Source: Candidatus Latescibacterota bacterium
Lineage (GTDB): Bacteria; Krumholzibacteriota; Krumholzibacteriia; WVZY01; JAKEHA01
DNA length: 64,000 nt
Direction: 5' to 3'
NCBI GenBank assembly: GCA_963761125.1
Contig: CAVXFV010000013.1
Coordinates: forward strand, 24,748 to 88,747
Shown: positions 52,404 through 61,563 of the stretch, piece after piece
How positions within the stretch are numbered: position 1 is the first letter of the stretch
Layout: each line of letters starts with the position of its first letter
Program-made: the position numbers and the translations under genes
Notes under the pieces: model-generated
The model's database searches: none
Told to the model about the DNA's origin: nothing
The model's input: the letters and a program-made list of their open reading frames with translations, nothing else

Positions 52404-52868
52404 TTATCGCGGGTCGGCAGGGTCGGGCGTGGCGGGCAGAGTCTTTCGAAAGCGGAAGCTCGTCCTGTCGTACCCGAGATGTTCGTAGAAGGTGTGGGCG
52501 GCCTCGAGCCGCTGATTGCTGGTCACTTCGATCAGGGCGCAGCCCTGCTGCGCCAGGTGCGTTTCCGCCGCGGCGATGAGCGCGCGGCCGATTCCCTGCT
52601 TGCGCGCGTGTGCGGCGACCACGAGGGCGGTCACGCGACCCACCGGGGTGGGCCGATGCAGCACCCGCGTTACGTGCAGCGTGGCAACACCCAGCACGTC
52701 GTCACCCCGCGCGCACACCAGCACGGCTTCGCCGGACCGGTCGAGCGCGGCGAGGCGCGCCGCGACGACCTCCGGGCTCGCGGGAAAGCCCAGTTCGTCA
52801 AGGAGCCCGGACAGCGCACGCGCGTCGGCCGACCTTGCCGTACGAATTTCGAAGGGCGGAGCGGTCAT
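52404..52868 (-). CDS. GNAT family N-acetyltransferase
   Basis: MTAPPFEIRTARSADARALSGLLDELG..VTALVVAAHARKQGIGRALIAAAETHLAQQGCALIEVTSNQRLEAAHTFYEHLGY (the Q/RxxGxG/A acetyl-CoA motif). ATG 52868 overlaps the upstream stop (ATGA). Confidence 0.85.
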   Translation of the reverse strand: MTAPPFEIRTARSADARALSGLLDELGFPASPEVVAARLAALDRSGEAVLVCARGDDVLGVATLHVTRVLHRPTPVGRVTALVVAAHARKQGIGRALIAAAETHLAQQGCALIEVTSNQRLEAAHTFYEHLGYDRTSFRFRKTLPATPDPADPR

Positions 52869-53602
52869 TTGCGCTGCGGCAAGCGGCGTCCAAGCGCGCA
52901 CGCTTCCAGGGTGACTTCGCCGCTCAGCAAGCGCGCACGCAGGGGCAAGACGGCGCCCGTTGTACTATCGGTGCACGTCTCACTGCGCAGAATGAATATT
53001 GGATTGGATTCAGCGCCCGCCGTACCTCTCGTGTCGAACACCCAACTCGATGGGTCGTCCTGTTCCCACACTCCCGGGTAACGCACATCGCCGCGCGGAG
53101 TGTGCAATCGCAGCGTGTCGTTCTGGACCCAGACTATCCACGCCGGCCTTGTTCCCATCGCCCTGATTTCGTAATCATTCGGATCAAACTCGACCACGCG
53201 GGTCGTATCCGGCATCGCCGATTGCGCGGGAACCAGGCGGATGTCGACGACGCCACCCGGATGGTGACTTCGAATCCGGAACTCGTCGTTGCTCAAACTC
53301 ACGATCTCGGCTACATACGGGAGGCCCGTGTCCACGAGGGTCAGAGCGGTCCCGTCCCAGCTCCACTTGCCCAGAGTCGGCACGCCGCCCTGCATCGACG
53401 CGATGACGAGGGTGCCGTCGGCGAGGAAAACGTAGAGATCCCCGCTCGGCCCTGCGGTCGAGTCGGCCACGCTCCATACCTTGTTGACGAACGTATCGGA
53501 CTCACGCGCGGTCGGCCCTGAATTCCGGTTCGAGCATGCGCCCAGCAGACCCAGGATTCCGAGAGAGAAGATCGCAATGCGTCTCAACGTCGTGCCCGCC
53601 AT
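52865..53602 (-). CDS. Hypothetical lipoprotein (two small beta-rich domains, META/COG3650-like by eye)
   Basis: MAGTTLRRIAIFSLGILGLLGACSN lipobox. No catalytic motif recognised. ATG 53602 shares one base with the upstream TGA. Confidence 0.55.
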   Translation of the reverse strand: MAGTTLRRIAIFSLGILGLLGACSNRNSGPTARESDTFVNKVWSVADSTAGPSGDLYVFLADGTLVIASMQGGVPTLGKWSWDGTALTLVDTGLPYVAEIVSLSNDEFRIRSHHPGGVVDIRLVPAQSAMPDTTRVVEFDPNDYEIRAMGTRPAWIVWVQNDTLRLHTPRGDVRYPGVWEQDDPSSWVFDTRGTAGAESNPIFILRSETCTDSTTGAVLPLRARLLSGEVTLEACALGRRLPQRK

Positions 53603-54396
53603 CAGCCGACCACCGTGCCGCGAACCGCCCACGCGCGGGCGGTGAGCGAGATCGGTCCGTCGGCATGCGGGAGCACGCGCGCGCGCAGGCGTTCGCGGAG
53701 GCGTTCCCGCGCGTCCGGGTCGAGCGACATCGCGTACCCGGGCGCGGGGCCCTGGCCGCCCAGGAACGGACGCCAGAAATCCGCGAAGTTCGCGAATACG
53801 GTCGGCACGTCGATCGCGGTCTGCGCGACGTCGCGCAATCCGGCACCTTCAAACAGGCCGATCAGCGCCTCCGGGCGGCACAACGGAAAGCGAACGCCTT
53901 CGTCGAGTTGTCCGGCGTTGGGATCGAGTTCGACGGCCGCGTCCCAGAAGAGGCGCATGAAATCCATCTTTCCCGCGTAGTCCCAGACGTACGCGGCGAT
54001 CGTGCCCCCGGCGGCGGTGACGCGCATCATTTCGGCCAGCGCCGCGTCCGCATCCGGCGCGAAGTTCAGCATCAACCCCGAGACCGTCACGTCGACTGCA
54101 TCGTCCACGAGCGGAATCTCCGACGCGCGTCCCCGGTGAAACATGACGCGATCCCCGAGACGATCCCTGGCCGTTTCCAGAAAGCCCGTCGAAGGCTCGA
54201 TGCCGGTGACCGTCGAGGGATGACCATGATCGAGAATAGCGGCGCACAAGGCGCCCGTCCCGCATCCGACGTCCAGCCAGCGCCGTTCGGGCGGCGCGCC
54301 GAGCCACGCGAGAAACTCCGGTGCGACCCGGCGGCTCCACCGTCCGACGTAGTGCTCGTACGGATCTCCGCTCTCGAATGTGTCCGATGAGTTCAT
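53602..54396 (-). CDS. Class I SAM-dependent methyltransferase
   Basis: MNSSDTFESGDPYEHYVGRWSR..RWLDVGCGTGALCAAIL (motif I)..VDVTVSGLMLNFAPD..GGTIAAYVWDY. Start chosen at the internal ATG 54396 of ORF 53602..54594. Confidence 0.85.
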   Translation of the reverse strand: MNSSDTFESGDPYEHYVGRWSRRVAPEFLAWLGAPPERRWLDVGCGTGALCAAILDHGHPSTVTGIEPSTGFLETARDRLGDRVMFHRGRASEIPLVDDAVDVTVSGLMLNFAPDADAALAEMMRVTAAGGTIAAYVWDYAGKMDFMRLFWDAAVELDPNAGQLDEGVRFPLCRPEALIGLFEGAGLRDVAQTAIDVPTVFANFADFWRPFLGGQGPAPGYAMSLDPDARERLRERLRARVLPHADGPISLTARAWAVRGTVVG

Positions 54397-54638
54397 GTCG
54401 GCGTATCCTCTTTCGAAACCTCGAATCGAAATTCGCGCCCGTCGTGTCCCGCCGGTTCGCACGCGCACCCCGCGCTTCGCGCCCACGCAGGCAGATCGAA
54501 CGCGATCGCCGGGTCGTCCGAGATCACCAGCACGACGCCACCCGGTGGGAGTGTTCGGATGGCGTCCGCGGTCTTGATGACGGGAATCGGGCACACTTCC
54601 CCGCGCGTGTCGAGGACGATGTCCGGCGCGCGGGTCAT
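54393..54638 (-). CDS. TusA/SirA-like sulfurtransferase-fold protein
   Basis: 81-aa ORF: MTRAPDIVLDTRGEVCPIPVIKTADAIRTLPPGGVVLVISDDPAIAFDLPAWARSAG (CPxP motif). Confidence 0.75.
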   Translation of the reverse strand: MTRAPDIVLDTRGEVCPIPVIKTADAIRTLPPGGVVLVISDDPAIAFDLPAWARSAGCACEPAGHDGREFRFEVSKEDTPT

Positions 54639-54641
54639 CTA

Positions 54642-54995
54642 CTACTTCTTCTTCTTCGGGTCCTCGCTGCGATAGACGCGGACCTCCGCCTTCTCGAGCG
54701 TCGCAAGACCGGCGTGGATGGCGCCGTCGACATCCTTGAGAAACGCTTCCAGCTTTTCGCGCGTGTCGACGATCTCAACCACGATCGGCATATCTTCGGA
54801 CAACCGAAGAATCTTGGCGGTGTGAATCATCTTGCTGTTTGCGCCGAATCCCATGACGCCGCGGAGCACGGTTGCACCGGCGAGTCCGCGCTTACGCGCC
54901 TCGGTGACGATCCATTCGAAGAGCAGATGTCCGTCGTGGCGGTCGCTTTCGCCGATGAAGATGCGAAGCAGACAGCCTTCCTGCGGGAGCACCAT
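54642..54995 (-). CDS. DUF190 family protein (CrcB-associated)
   Basis: MVLPQEGCLLRIFIGESDRHDGHLLFEWIVTEARKRGLAGATVLRGVMGFGANSKMIHTAKILRLSEDMPIVVEIVD. Lies 2 nt downstream of crcB. Start chosen inside ORF 54642..55466. Confidence 0.75.
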   Translation of the reverse strand: MVLPQEGCLLRIFIGESDRHDGHLLFEWIVTEARKRGLAGATVLRGVMGFGANSKMIHTAKILRLSEDMPIVVEIVDTREKLEAFLKDVDGAIHAGLATLEKAEVRVYRSEDPKKKK

Positions 54996-54997
54996 GG

Positions 54998-55378
54998 CTA
55001 CCTCCAGATCGCGAACGCACCGGCGCGGCCGGCCCACACGGCGGCCAGACACAGCACGATGTTCGCGGCGACGTTGGCGAGCGCAATCATGGTCTCGCCG
55101 TCGCGGAAAAGGTTGAAGGTCTCGTTGCCGAACGTGGAGAACGTGGTGAAGCCGCCGAGCAGCCCCACCATCAAGAGAAGCCGGGTCTCGGCATTCAAGA
55201 CGCCGCGCGCGTCGGCGAGATACGACAGCCCGCCGATCGCCAGACATCCGAGCACATTGACAGCGAGCGTGCCGAACGGAAACGCCACGCTGCGCGATCC
55301 GGTCTGCACCCACCCGGCCACGAGGTAGCGCAGCACCGATCCGGCGAATCCGCCGATGCCAACCCAGAGAAGTTTCAA
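54998..55378 (-). CDS. crcB: Fluoride efflux channel CrcB/FluC
   Basis: 126-aa ORF with four TM segments: MKLLWVGIGGFAGSVLRY..FPFGTLAVNVLGCLAIG..LLMVGLLGGFTTFSTF. Confidence 0.9.
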   Translation of the reverse strand: MKLLWVGIGGFAGSVLRYLVAGWVQTGSRSVAFPFGTLAVNVLGCLAIGGLSYLADARGVLNAETRLLLMVGLLGGFTTFSTFGNETFNLFRDGETMIALANVAANIVLCLAAVWAGRAGAFAIWR

Positions 55379-55803
55379 GACGGTCCCCCACCCCGCGAGA
55401 GAACTGCCGGGATGCTCCCCAGCACCACGCCCACCGCGGACGACAACAGGCCGACGCCCGCCGCAATGACGACTTCGAATGGCCAGAGATTGTGCGATGT
55501 CGGATCCCGCCCGGTTTCGACGGTAACGCGCGCGATCACGACCAGCGGAACCGACGCGGCAAGCGCGAGCAGTGTCGCCACGAATCCGTTCTTTCCCACG
55601 AAGCGCGCGAGCGCCGCTCCGAGGACGACGACCAGCAGGGCGCCGGTCATCAGTGTGTTCGGCAGCGACACCTTGTTGTATGGAATTTTCCAGTAGGGAA
55701 TGCCGACGGCCAGAAACGAGACCACGAACGCGGCAATCAACCAGGGCGAGAGTAATCGCTTCATACGCCGTTCACTTTCGACCGGCGCGGAACGCCGTGT
55801 CAA
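55375..55803 (-). CDS. Hypothetical 4-TM membrane protein (start may be ATG 55764)
   Basis: ORF with hydrophobic segments LSPWLIAAFVVSFLAVGI, GALLVVVLGAALARF, VATLLALAASVPLVVIA, VVIAAGVGLLSSAVGVVLG. Overlaps the crcB start by 4 nt. Confidence 0.5.
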   Translation of the reverse strand: MTRRSAPVESERRMKRLLSPWLIAAFVVSFLAVGIPYWKIPYNKVSLPNTLMTGALLVVVLGAALARFVGKNGFVATLLALAASVPLVVIARVTVETGRDPTSHNLWPFEVVIAAGVGLLSSAVGVVLGSIPAVLSRGGGPS

Positions 55804-55815
55804 CGGGTTTCGGGG

Positions 55816-57633
55816 CTAGTCCAACAGCTCGGTCTTCTCCTGGTCCTTGAACTGAAGCTCGTAGAGCTTGGCGTAGTGGCCGTTCTGCGCGAGGAGCTCG
55901 TTGTGCGTGCCCTCTTCGATCACGCGCCCTTTGTGCAGCACGAGGATGCGATCGACATAGCGGATGGTCGAAAGCCGGTGTGCGATTACGATCGAGGTTC
56001 GGTTGGCCATGAACTTCCGGAGCGCATCCTGTACCAGGAACTCGGTCTCCGTATCGACGCTGGACGTCGCCTCGTCGAGCACGAGAATCTTGGGATCGTA
56101 TACGAGAGCGCGCGCAAACGACAGCAACTGTCGCTCGCCCACCGAAAGCGAACTCCCCCGCTCGCCCACACTTTCTTCGTACTTGTTCGGCAGCCGCTCG
56201 ATAAAGCGTTCCGCATTGATATATCGCGCCACCTCGCGGATCGTGGTTTTGTCGATCTCAGTGTTTCCGAGATGGATGTTGTGCGCCACGGTTCCGGAGA
56301 ACAGAAACACGTCCTGCAACACCGTGGCGATGTGCCGGCGCAGATCCGCGATCCGGTAGTCGCGGATGTCGACGTCGCCGACCAGGATCTTCCCGTGGCT
56401 GACGTCGTAGAAACGCGACAGCAGGCTGATGATCGTCGTCTTTCCCGCGCCCGTGTAACCGACGATCGCCACCTTCTCGCCCGCGCTCACGGTGAAGGAG
56501 ACGTCGTGCAGGACCTCGTCGCCCCTGTTGTACGAGAAGCTCACGTGTTCGAAGCGAACCTCGCTGGGACGAACCGGGATGTTGGCCGGATGCGGCGGAT
56601 CGACGATGCGCGGCTCGCGGTCGAGCACGCCGAAGACACGCTCCGACGACGCCATCGCGGACTGCAACACGTTATACTTTTCCGACAGGTCGCTGATCGG
56701 CCGGTAGAATCGCTGCGCGTACTGGATGAACGCCACCAGCGCCCCGAACGTCATCGCACCGGTCATCACGTCGATGCCGCCGAAGGCGATAATCAGCGCG
56801 ATCGCGATCGCGCTCAAGAGTTCGACCATGGGGTAGAACACCGCATACGCCATGATCGACTGCAGGTGCGCGCCATAGAGGTCGGTGTTGAGCCGCGTGA
56901 AGCGATCGTTCTGGGCGGCCTCGCGATTGAAGATCTGCACGACGCTCATCCCGGTGACGTTTTCCTGCAGGAACGAATTCAAAGCCGCCAGCCGCACGCG
57001 CACCTTGCGGTACGAATCGCGCGCCTTCGTCCGGAAGATGTGCGCCGCGACGAACAGAAACGGCAGCACCGTAAAGGTGATCAGCGCAAGCTTCCAGTTG
57101 AGCCAGAGCATCACCACGACGATGCCCGACAGCGTCAGCACGTCCAGCAGAATCGCCACCACACCCGAGGTGAACATCTCGTTGAGCGTTTCGATGTCGT
57201 TGGTCAGTCGCGTCATCAGGCGACCGACGGGGTTACGGTCGAAGAACGCGATGTCCAGCCGCTGCAGGCGCCGGAAGAGTTCCATGCGCATGTCGTACAT
57301 CACGCGCTGCCCCACGAAGCTCATCGTCAACCCGTGAAGATAGCTGGAGACGAAACCGGCGAGCAGCGCCGCGGTGAGCACCAGTACGACGTTGACCAGC
57401 CCGGCATGCCGAACACCGGCAAGGACGTCGCCGGTGGGCGCGATGTAGCGATCGATGGCGATCTTGGTGACGAACGGCGGCGCCAGTTCCAGGAGCGATT
57501 CGATGGCGAGCAGGGCGATGCTCACGGCCACATACCTCTTGTAGGGCCGCAGATACCGAAGCAGCCGGCTCATCAGTCGGCTGTCGTACGGTTTCTCCTG
57601 CAGTTCGTCGGCCTGGATGTACTCCACGCTCAC
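55816..57633 (-). CDS. ABC exporter, fused permease/ATPase (MdlB/MsbA-like half transporter)
   Basis: Intact 605 aa with six TM helices, Walker A GYTGAGKTT, signature LSVGERQ, and Walker B ILVLDEATS. Confidence 0.92.
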   Translation of the reverse strand: MSVEYIQADELQEKPYDSRLMSRLLRYLRPYKRYVAVSIALLAIESLLELAPPFVTKIAIDRYIAPTGDVLAGVRHAGLVNVVLVLTAALLAGFVSSYLHGLTMSFVGQRVMYDMRMELFRRLQRLDIAFFDRNPVGRLMTRLTNDIETLNEMFTSGVVAILLDVLTLSGIVVVMLWLNWKLALITFTVLPFLFVAAHIFRTKARDSYRKVRVRLAALNSFLQENVTGMSVVQIFNREAAQNDRFTRLNTDLYGAHLQSIMAYAVFYPMVELLSAIAIALIIAFGGIDVMTGAMTFGALVAFIQYAQRFYRPISDLSEKYNVLQSAMASSERVFGVLDREPRIVDPPHPANIPVRPSEVRFEHVSFSYNRGDEVLHDVSFTVSAGEKVAIVGYTGAGKTTIISLLSRFYDVSHGKILVGDVDIRDYRIADLRRHIATVLQDVFLFSGTVAHNIHLGNTEIDKTTIREVARYINAERFIERLPNKYEESVGERGSSLSVGERQLLSFARALVYDPKILVLDEATSSVDTETEFLVQDALRKFMANRTSIVIAHRLSTIRYVDRILVLHKGRVIEEGTHNELLAQNGHYAKLYELQFKDQEKTELLD

Positions 57634-59411
57634 TCCTGTTCCAGCGCCACCATCAGCATCTGTTTGCGATTCATCTCGGCGTAAATACCGCCGAGCATGA
57701 CCAGCTCGTCGTGCGTCCCCTGCTCCATGATCGCGCCGTCGTCGAGCACGATGACCCGGTCGGCCTTGCGCGCCGTCGATATCCGGTGCGAGATCAGGAT
57801 CGCCGTCCGGTTCTCCAGCTCGCCTTCGAGCGCGGAGAGAATCGCTTCCTCGGTGGTCGCGTCGACGCTGGAGAGCGCGTCGTCGAGGACGAGAATCCGC
57901 GGCCGTTTGGCCAGAGCGCGCGCGATGGCGACGCGCTGCTTCTGTCCGCCGGACAGGTTGATGCCGCGTTCGCCGATCATCGATTCGAACTTGTGCGGGA
58001 ACTCCAGCACCTCGTCGTAGATCGACGCCGTCCGACTGACGACTTCCAGCACCGGGTCAGGAAGCTCCTGGACGCCGAAGGAGATGTTGTCGCGGATCGA
58101 TTCGGAGAACAGGAAGATGTCCTGGGGCACGAGCCCGATCATACCCCGCAGTTCGCGTAGCGGAATTTCGCGCGCGTCGTGCCCGCCAATCAGGATGCGT
58201 CCCTGCGTGGGATCGAAGAGACGCATCAGCAGCGCGACGATGGTGGTCTTCCCCGACCCCGTGGGCCCCACGATGGCAAGCGTCTCGCCGTCCTGGACGT
58301 CGAAGTTGATCGCTCTGATCACGTCGCCGCGGTCGCCGTTACGCGCATAAGAGAACGAAACGTTCTCGAACCGGACCGCCGCGCTCGCGGGGCGCGCATC
58401 GGTTCGCGCGCGCGCGTCGGTGATTTCCGGCTGCTCGGCCATGACATCGTTGATGCGCTGCATCGACGCCAGCCCCTGTTCGGTCATGTTCATCACCCAA
58501 CCGGCCGCAATCACCGGAAATACCAGCATGGTGAGATAGCCGTTGAAGGCGACGAACGTACCCAGCGTAATGTGCCCGTCGATCACCATGCGTCCGCCGA
58601 AGAACAGGATCGCGAGCACGCCAAAGCCGGCGACCGTCGCGAGCAACGGGTGCAGCAGACTTTGCACTCGCAACAGCTTCATGTTGGCTTCGACGTAGTC
58701 GCGGCTCGCCTCGCCGAACACATCCGTTTCGTAGTCTTCGCGCGCGTACGCCTTGACCACCCGGATTCCCGACAGGTTCTCCTGCGCGCGCGCGTTGATC
58801 GACGCAAACTTGGCCTGCACGCGCTCGAACAGCCGATGGATGATCTTGATGCTGTGGTACACCCCGAACGTCAGCACCGTCATCGGCAACAGCGCCGCGA
58901 TCGTCAGCTTCCACGAGAGAATCGACATCAGCGTGATCGCCAGGCTCCCGATCACCACCGTATTCATCGAATACATGACCGCGGGACCGACCAGCGTTCG
59001 CACGGCATTGAGGTCGTTGGTCGCAAGCGCCATCAACTCGCCGGTTCGATGGCGGTGGTAGAACGCGGGACTCATCCCCTGGAGATGCGAAAAGAAGTCC
59101 GCGCGCATGTCGACTTCGATCCGTCGCGACACGCCGATCATGATCCGGCGCATGAAGAAACGAAACAGACCGGCGAAGACCGTGATGCCCACCATCAACA
59201 AGGCATAGAACCCCAGCTCGTGTTTGGTGATTCCGCGCGAAAGCGCGTCGATCGCGGTCTTGAGAATCCACGGGTTGGCCAGCGCCAGGATGTCGGTCAG
59301 GACCAGGCTGACCCCGCCGAGCACCAGCTGCCGGCGGTACCTCGCCAGGTAGCGAAACACCGTCCGGACTGCGGCCTGCCGTTTTTCTTTGGAACTCGCC
59401 GAAGCGTTCAT
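57630..59411 (-). CDS. ABC exporter, fused permease/ATPase (MdlA-like partner half transporter)
   Basis: Start chosen at ATG 59411 (MNASASSKEKRQ..). Walker A GPTGSGKTT, signature LSGGQKQR, Walker B ILVLDDALS. A 4-nt overlap with the downstream ABC gene suggests a heterodimer. Confidence 0.9.
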   Translation of the reverse strand: MNASASSKEKRQAAVRTVFRYLARYRRQLVLGGVSLVLTDILALANPWILKTAIDALSRGITKHELGFYALLMVGITVFAGLFRFFMRRIMIGVSRRIEVDMRADFFSHLQGMSPAFYHRHRTGELMALATNDLNAVRTLVGPAVMYSMNTVVIGSLAITLMSILSWKLTIAALLPMTVLTFGVYHSIKIIHRLFERVQAKFASINARAQENLSGIRVVKAYAREDYETDVFGEASRDYVEANMKLLRVQSLLHPLLATVAGFGVLAILFFGGRMVIDGHITLGTFVAFNGYLTMLVFPVIAAGWVMNMTEQGLASMQRINDVMAEQPEITDARARTDARPASAAVRFENVSFSYARNGDRGDVIRAINFDVQDGETLAIVGPTGSGKTTIVALLMRLFDPTQGRILIGGHDAREIPLRELRGMIGLVPQDIFLFSESIRDNISFGVQELPDPVLEVVSRTASIYDEVLEFPHKFESMIGERGINLSGGQKQRVAIARALAKRPRILVLDDALSSVDATTEEAILSALEGELENRTAILISHRISTARKADRVIVLDDGAIMEQGTHDELVMLGGIYAEMNRKQMLMVALEQE

Positions 59412-59545
59412 ACTATCATTCGCGTGACAATCGGACGTGCCGGAGGCGGAAGACGGAGGGACGCGACGCGCGGCCGGTTTGCCTCGACACCGGCCCCTAA
59501 TATAGACGATCGCGCCCGCTTCCCGCAAACCAAGGAGTCATCATC

Positions 59546-60106
59546 GTGTCGTTTCCCACCCGGGACCAGGCCCTGGCGCTCTTGAAGTCGCACACGCAGG
59601 GCGACAGCCTCCTCAAACATGCCTACGCGGTGGAAGCGGCGATGCGCTACTACGCGACGGCGGTGGGCGAGGACCCGGAACGGTGGGGCATCGCGGGCCT
59701 GTTACACGACTTCGACTACGAACGCTTCCCGTCGCTCGACGATCACCCGTTTCGCGGGGCCGAGATCCTGCGCGACCTGGGGTACGACGAGGAATTGATC
59801 CAGACGATTCTATCGCACGCGGACCACACCGGCGTCCCGCGCACGACGCCGATGCAGAAGCACCTGTTCGCCGTCGACGAGTTGTGCGGTTTCGTCACGG
59901 CGTCGACACTGGTGCGTCCGTCGAAGAAGATCGCCGACCTCGAACCCTCCTCGGTAAAGAAGAAGCTCAAAGACAAGGCGTTCGCCCGCAACGTCAGTCG
60001 CGACGACATCACCGGCGGCGCCGATCTGATCGGCGTCCCGCTCGACAGCCACATCGCCAACGTGATCGCGGCGATGCGTGCCATCTCGGACGACCTCGGT
60101 CTATGA
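59546..60106 (+). CDS. HD-domain (HDIG-like) phosphohydrolase
   Basis: AAGGAG RBS 8 nt before GTG 59546. ..LKHAYAVEAAMRYYA..GIAGLLHDFDYE..HPFRGAEIL..ILSHADHTG. Confidence 0.8.
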   Translation: MSFPTRDQALALLKSHTQGDSLLKHAYAVEAAMRYYATAVGEDPERWGIAGLLHDFDYERFPSLDDHPFRGAEILRDLGYDEELIQTILSHADHTGVPRTTPMQKHLFAVDELCGFVTASTLVRPSKKIADLEPSSVKKKLKDKAFARNVSRDDITGGADLIGVPLDSHIANVIAAMRAISDDLGL

Positions 60107-61521
60107 CCCTCGTCGCCCGTCTTCGCGGTGTCGCGCCAGCCGGACTGCTGGTGCTGTGTTTCGCAATCCCCGTCCAGGCGCAGGATTCCACCGGAACGAT
60201 CGACACCCGCGGCGACGTGGCTACGCAGATTCGGACGCTGGAGATAATGATCGGCGGCGACGTCGCGGCCGAGAAACAGGCTGTGACGCTCCGCTGGCTC
60301 GCCGACCTGTACGTTCTGGCCGGGCGATTGGACGATGCACAGCGCGCCTACGAACGCATCCTGGTGTTCTATCCGAACGACGTCGCGGCGAACAACGCAT
60401 ACGCCGAGTTTCTGCTCGACCACAGACACAACGCGGTCCGCGCCGACTCGACGCTGCGTGCCGCGCTGGCCTGGGACCGGTCCGCGCCCGTGCACTCGTC
60501 CTACCTGGGACGGACGTACGCGCTGCTCGCGCGCGCTCTCCGCGAAATGAAGCGATGCGACGAAGCATTGACCGCATCGGAGAAGGCGCTCGCGCTGCTC
60601 GACGAGGATTCGGCGGAGGACGCGCTTCGCGTTCGCGCGGGGTGTTTGACCGACCTCGGCCGGCGAGACGACGCGCACGCCGCGTACCTCTCGCTCATCG
60701 GAGAGACGGCGGCGTCGCGCGCCGACGACGTCAACGCGTTTATCGCGCTCGCCTCCGGACCGGACCATCGGGTGGACGCCGCGGTCGTTCAGGGGGAGAT
60801 CGCCGCGGCCATCGACAGCGCACGGGCGAATCGCCGCAAGGCCGCCGCCGCCGAAGGCGCGACCATCGTCGAACTCGACGGCGCCGACCACGTTCGCCTG
60901 GAAGGCACGCTGCGTGGCGACGGCAAGAACGCCGCGATTCTGTTCGTTCCGGACATCGGCGAACGCCGCGCACTCTACACGCCGTACGCTCAGTTGCTTT
61001 CCCTCGGCGGAATCACCACGCTCACCATCGACCTGCGCGGACAGGGCGACAGCCGCTGCGACACGCTCCCCGATTACGAACACATGTCGCCCGACCAGCG
61101 CGATCGGCTCCCCGACGACGTCGCGACTGCCTACGACTTTCTGCGCGCGCGCACCCGCCTGCCGGAGACGCACATCGCCATTGTCGCATCCGGCAACGCC
61201 AGCGCGATCGTGGAACGCGCGCTCCACGACCACGCCCTCGAGCCGGCGATCGTGCACCTCTCGCCCATCTTCGACCCCGCCGACCGCGACCTCGCCTCGG
61301 CCCTGTCGTTCCATCCGCCGCGCCCGGCGCTGGTCGCCGCGAGCCGGGAAGACGTGTACGCGGTCCGATCGCTCGAATTGTTCGTGGCATCCGTGGACTC
61401 CGGACTCGCCGACACGCGCGTCTACGATGCCGCGGGACACGGCGTCGATCTCCTGCGCGATCCGGGCCGATTCCAGGCGATCAGCGGGTGGATCGACCGC
61501 GTCCTCGGCATCTCCCGCTGA
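60103..61521 (+). CDS. Secreted TPR-repeat protein fused to an alpha/beta-hydrolase-like domain (no canonical GxSxG seen)
   Basis: ATG 60103 overlaps the HD-gene TGA. Signal peptide MTLVARLRGVAPAGLLVLCFAIPVQA; TPR-like LADLYVLAGRLDDAQRAYERILVFYPNDVAANNAYAEFLL. The C-terminal part has AAILFVPDIGERR..LTIDLRGQGDSR..IAIVASGNASAIV. Confidence 0.6.
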   Translation: MTLVARLRGVAPAGLLVLCFAIPVQAQDSTGTIDTRGDVATQIRTLEIMIGGDVAAEKQAVTLRWLADLYVLAGRLDDAQRAYERILVFYPNDVAANNAYAEFLLDHRHNAVRADSTLRAALAWDRSAPVHSSYLGRTYALLARALREMKRCDEALTASEKALALLDEDSAEDALRVRAGCLTDLGRRDDAHAAYLSLIGETAASRADDVNAFIALASGPDHRVDAAVVQGEIAAAIDSARANRRKAAAAEGATIVELDGADHVRLEGTLRGDGKNAAILFVPDIGERRALYTPYAQLLSLGGITTLTIDLRGQGDSRCDTLPDYEHMSPDQRDRLPDDVATAYDFLRARTRLPETHIAIVASGNASAIVERALHDHALEPAIVHLSPIFDPADRDLASALSFHPPRPALVAASREDVYAVRSLELFVASVDSGLADTRVYDAAGHGVDLLRDPGRFQAISGWIDRVLGISR

Positions 61522-61563
61522 CCCCGCCCCCGCTGGTACGAATGTTGCGGTTTCGCGGCGCTT

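Noticed and set aside
55379-55815. Fluoride riboswitch upstream of crcB.
   Set aside because: crcB overlaps the preceding membrane-protein gene, and that gene is only 12 nt from the ABC transporter stop. There is no non-coding space and no crcB-motif-like sequence.
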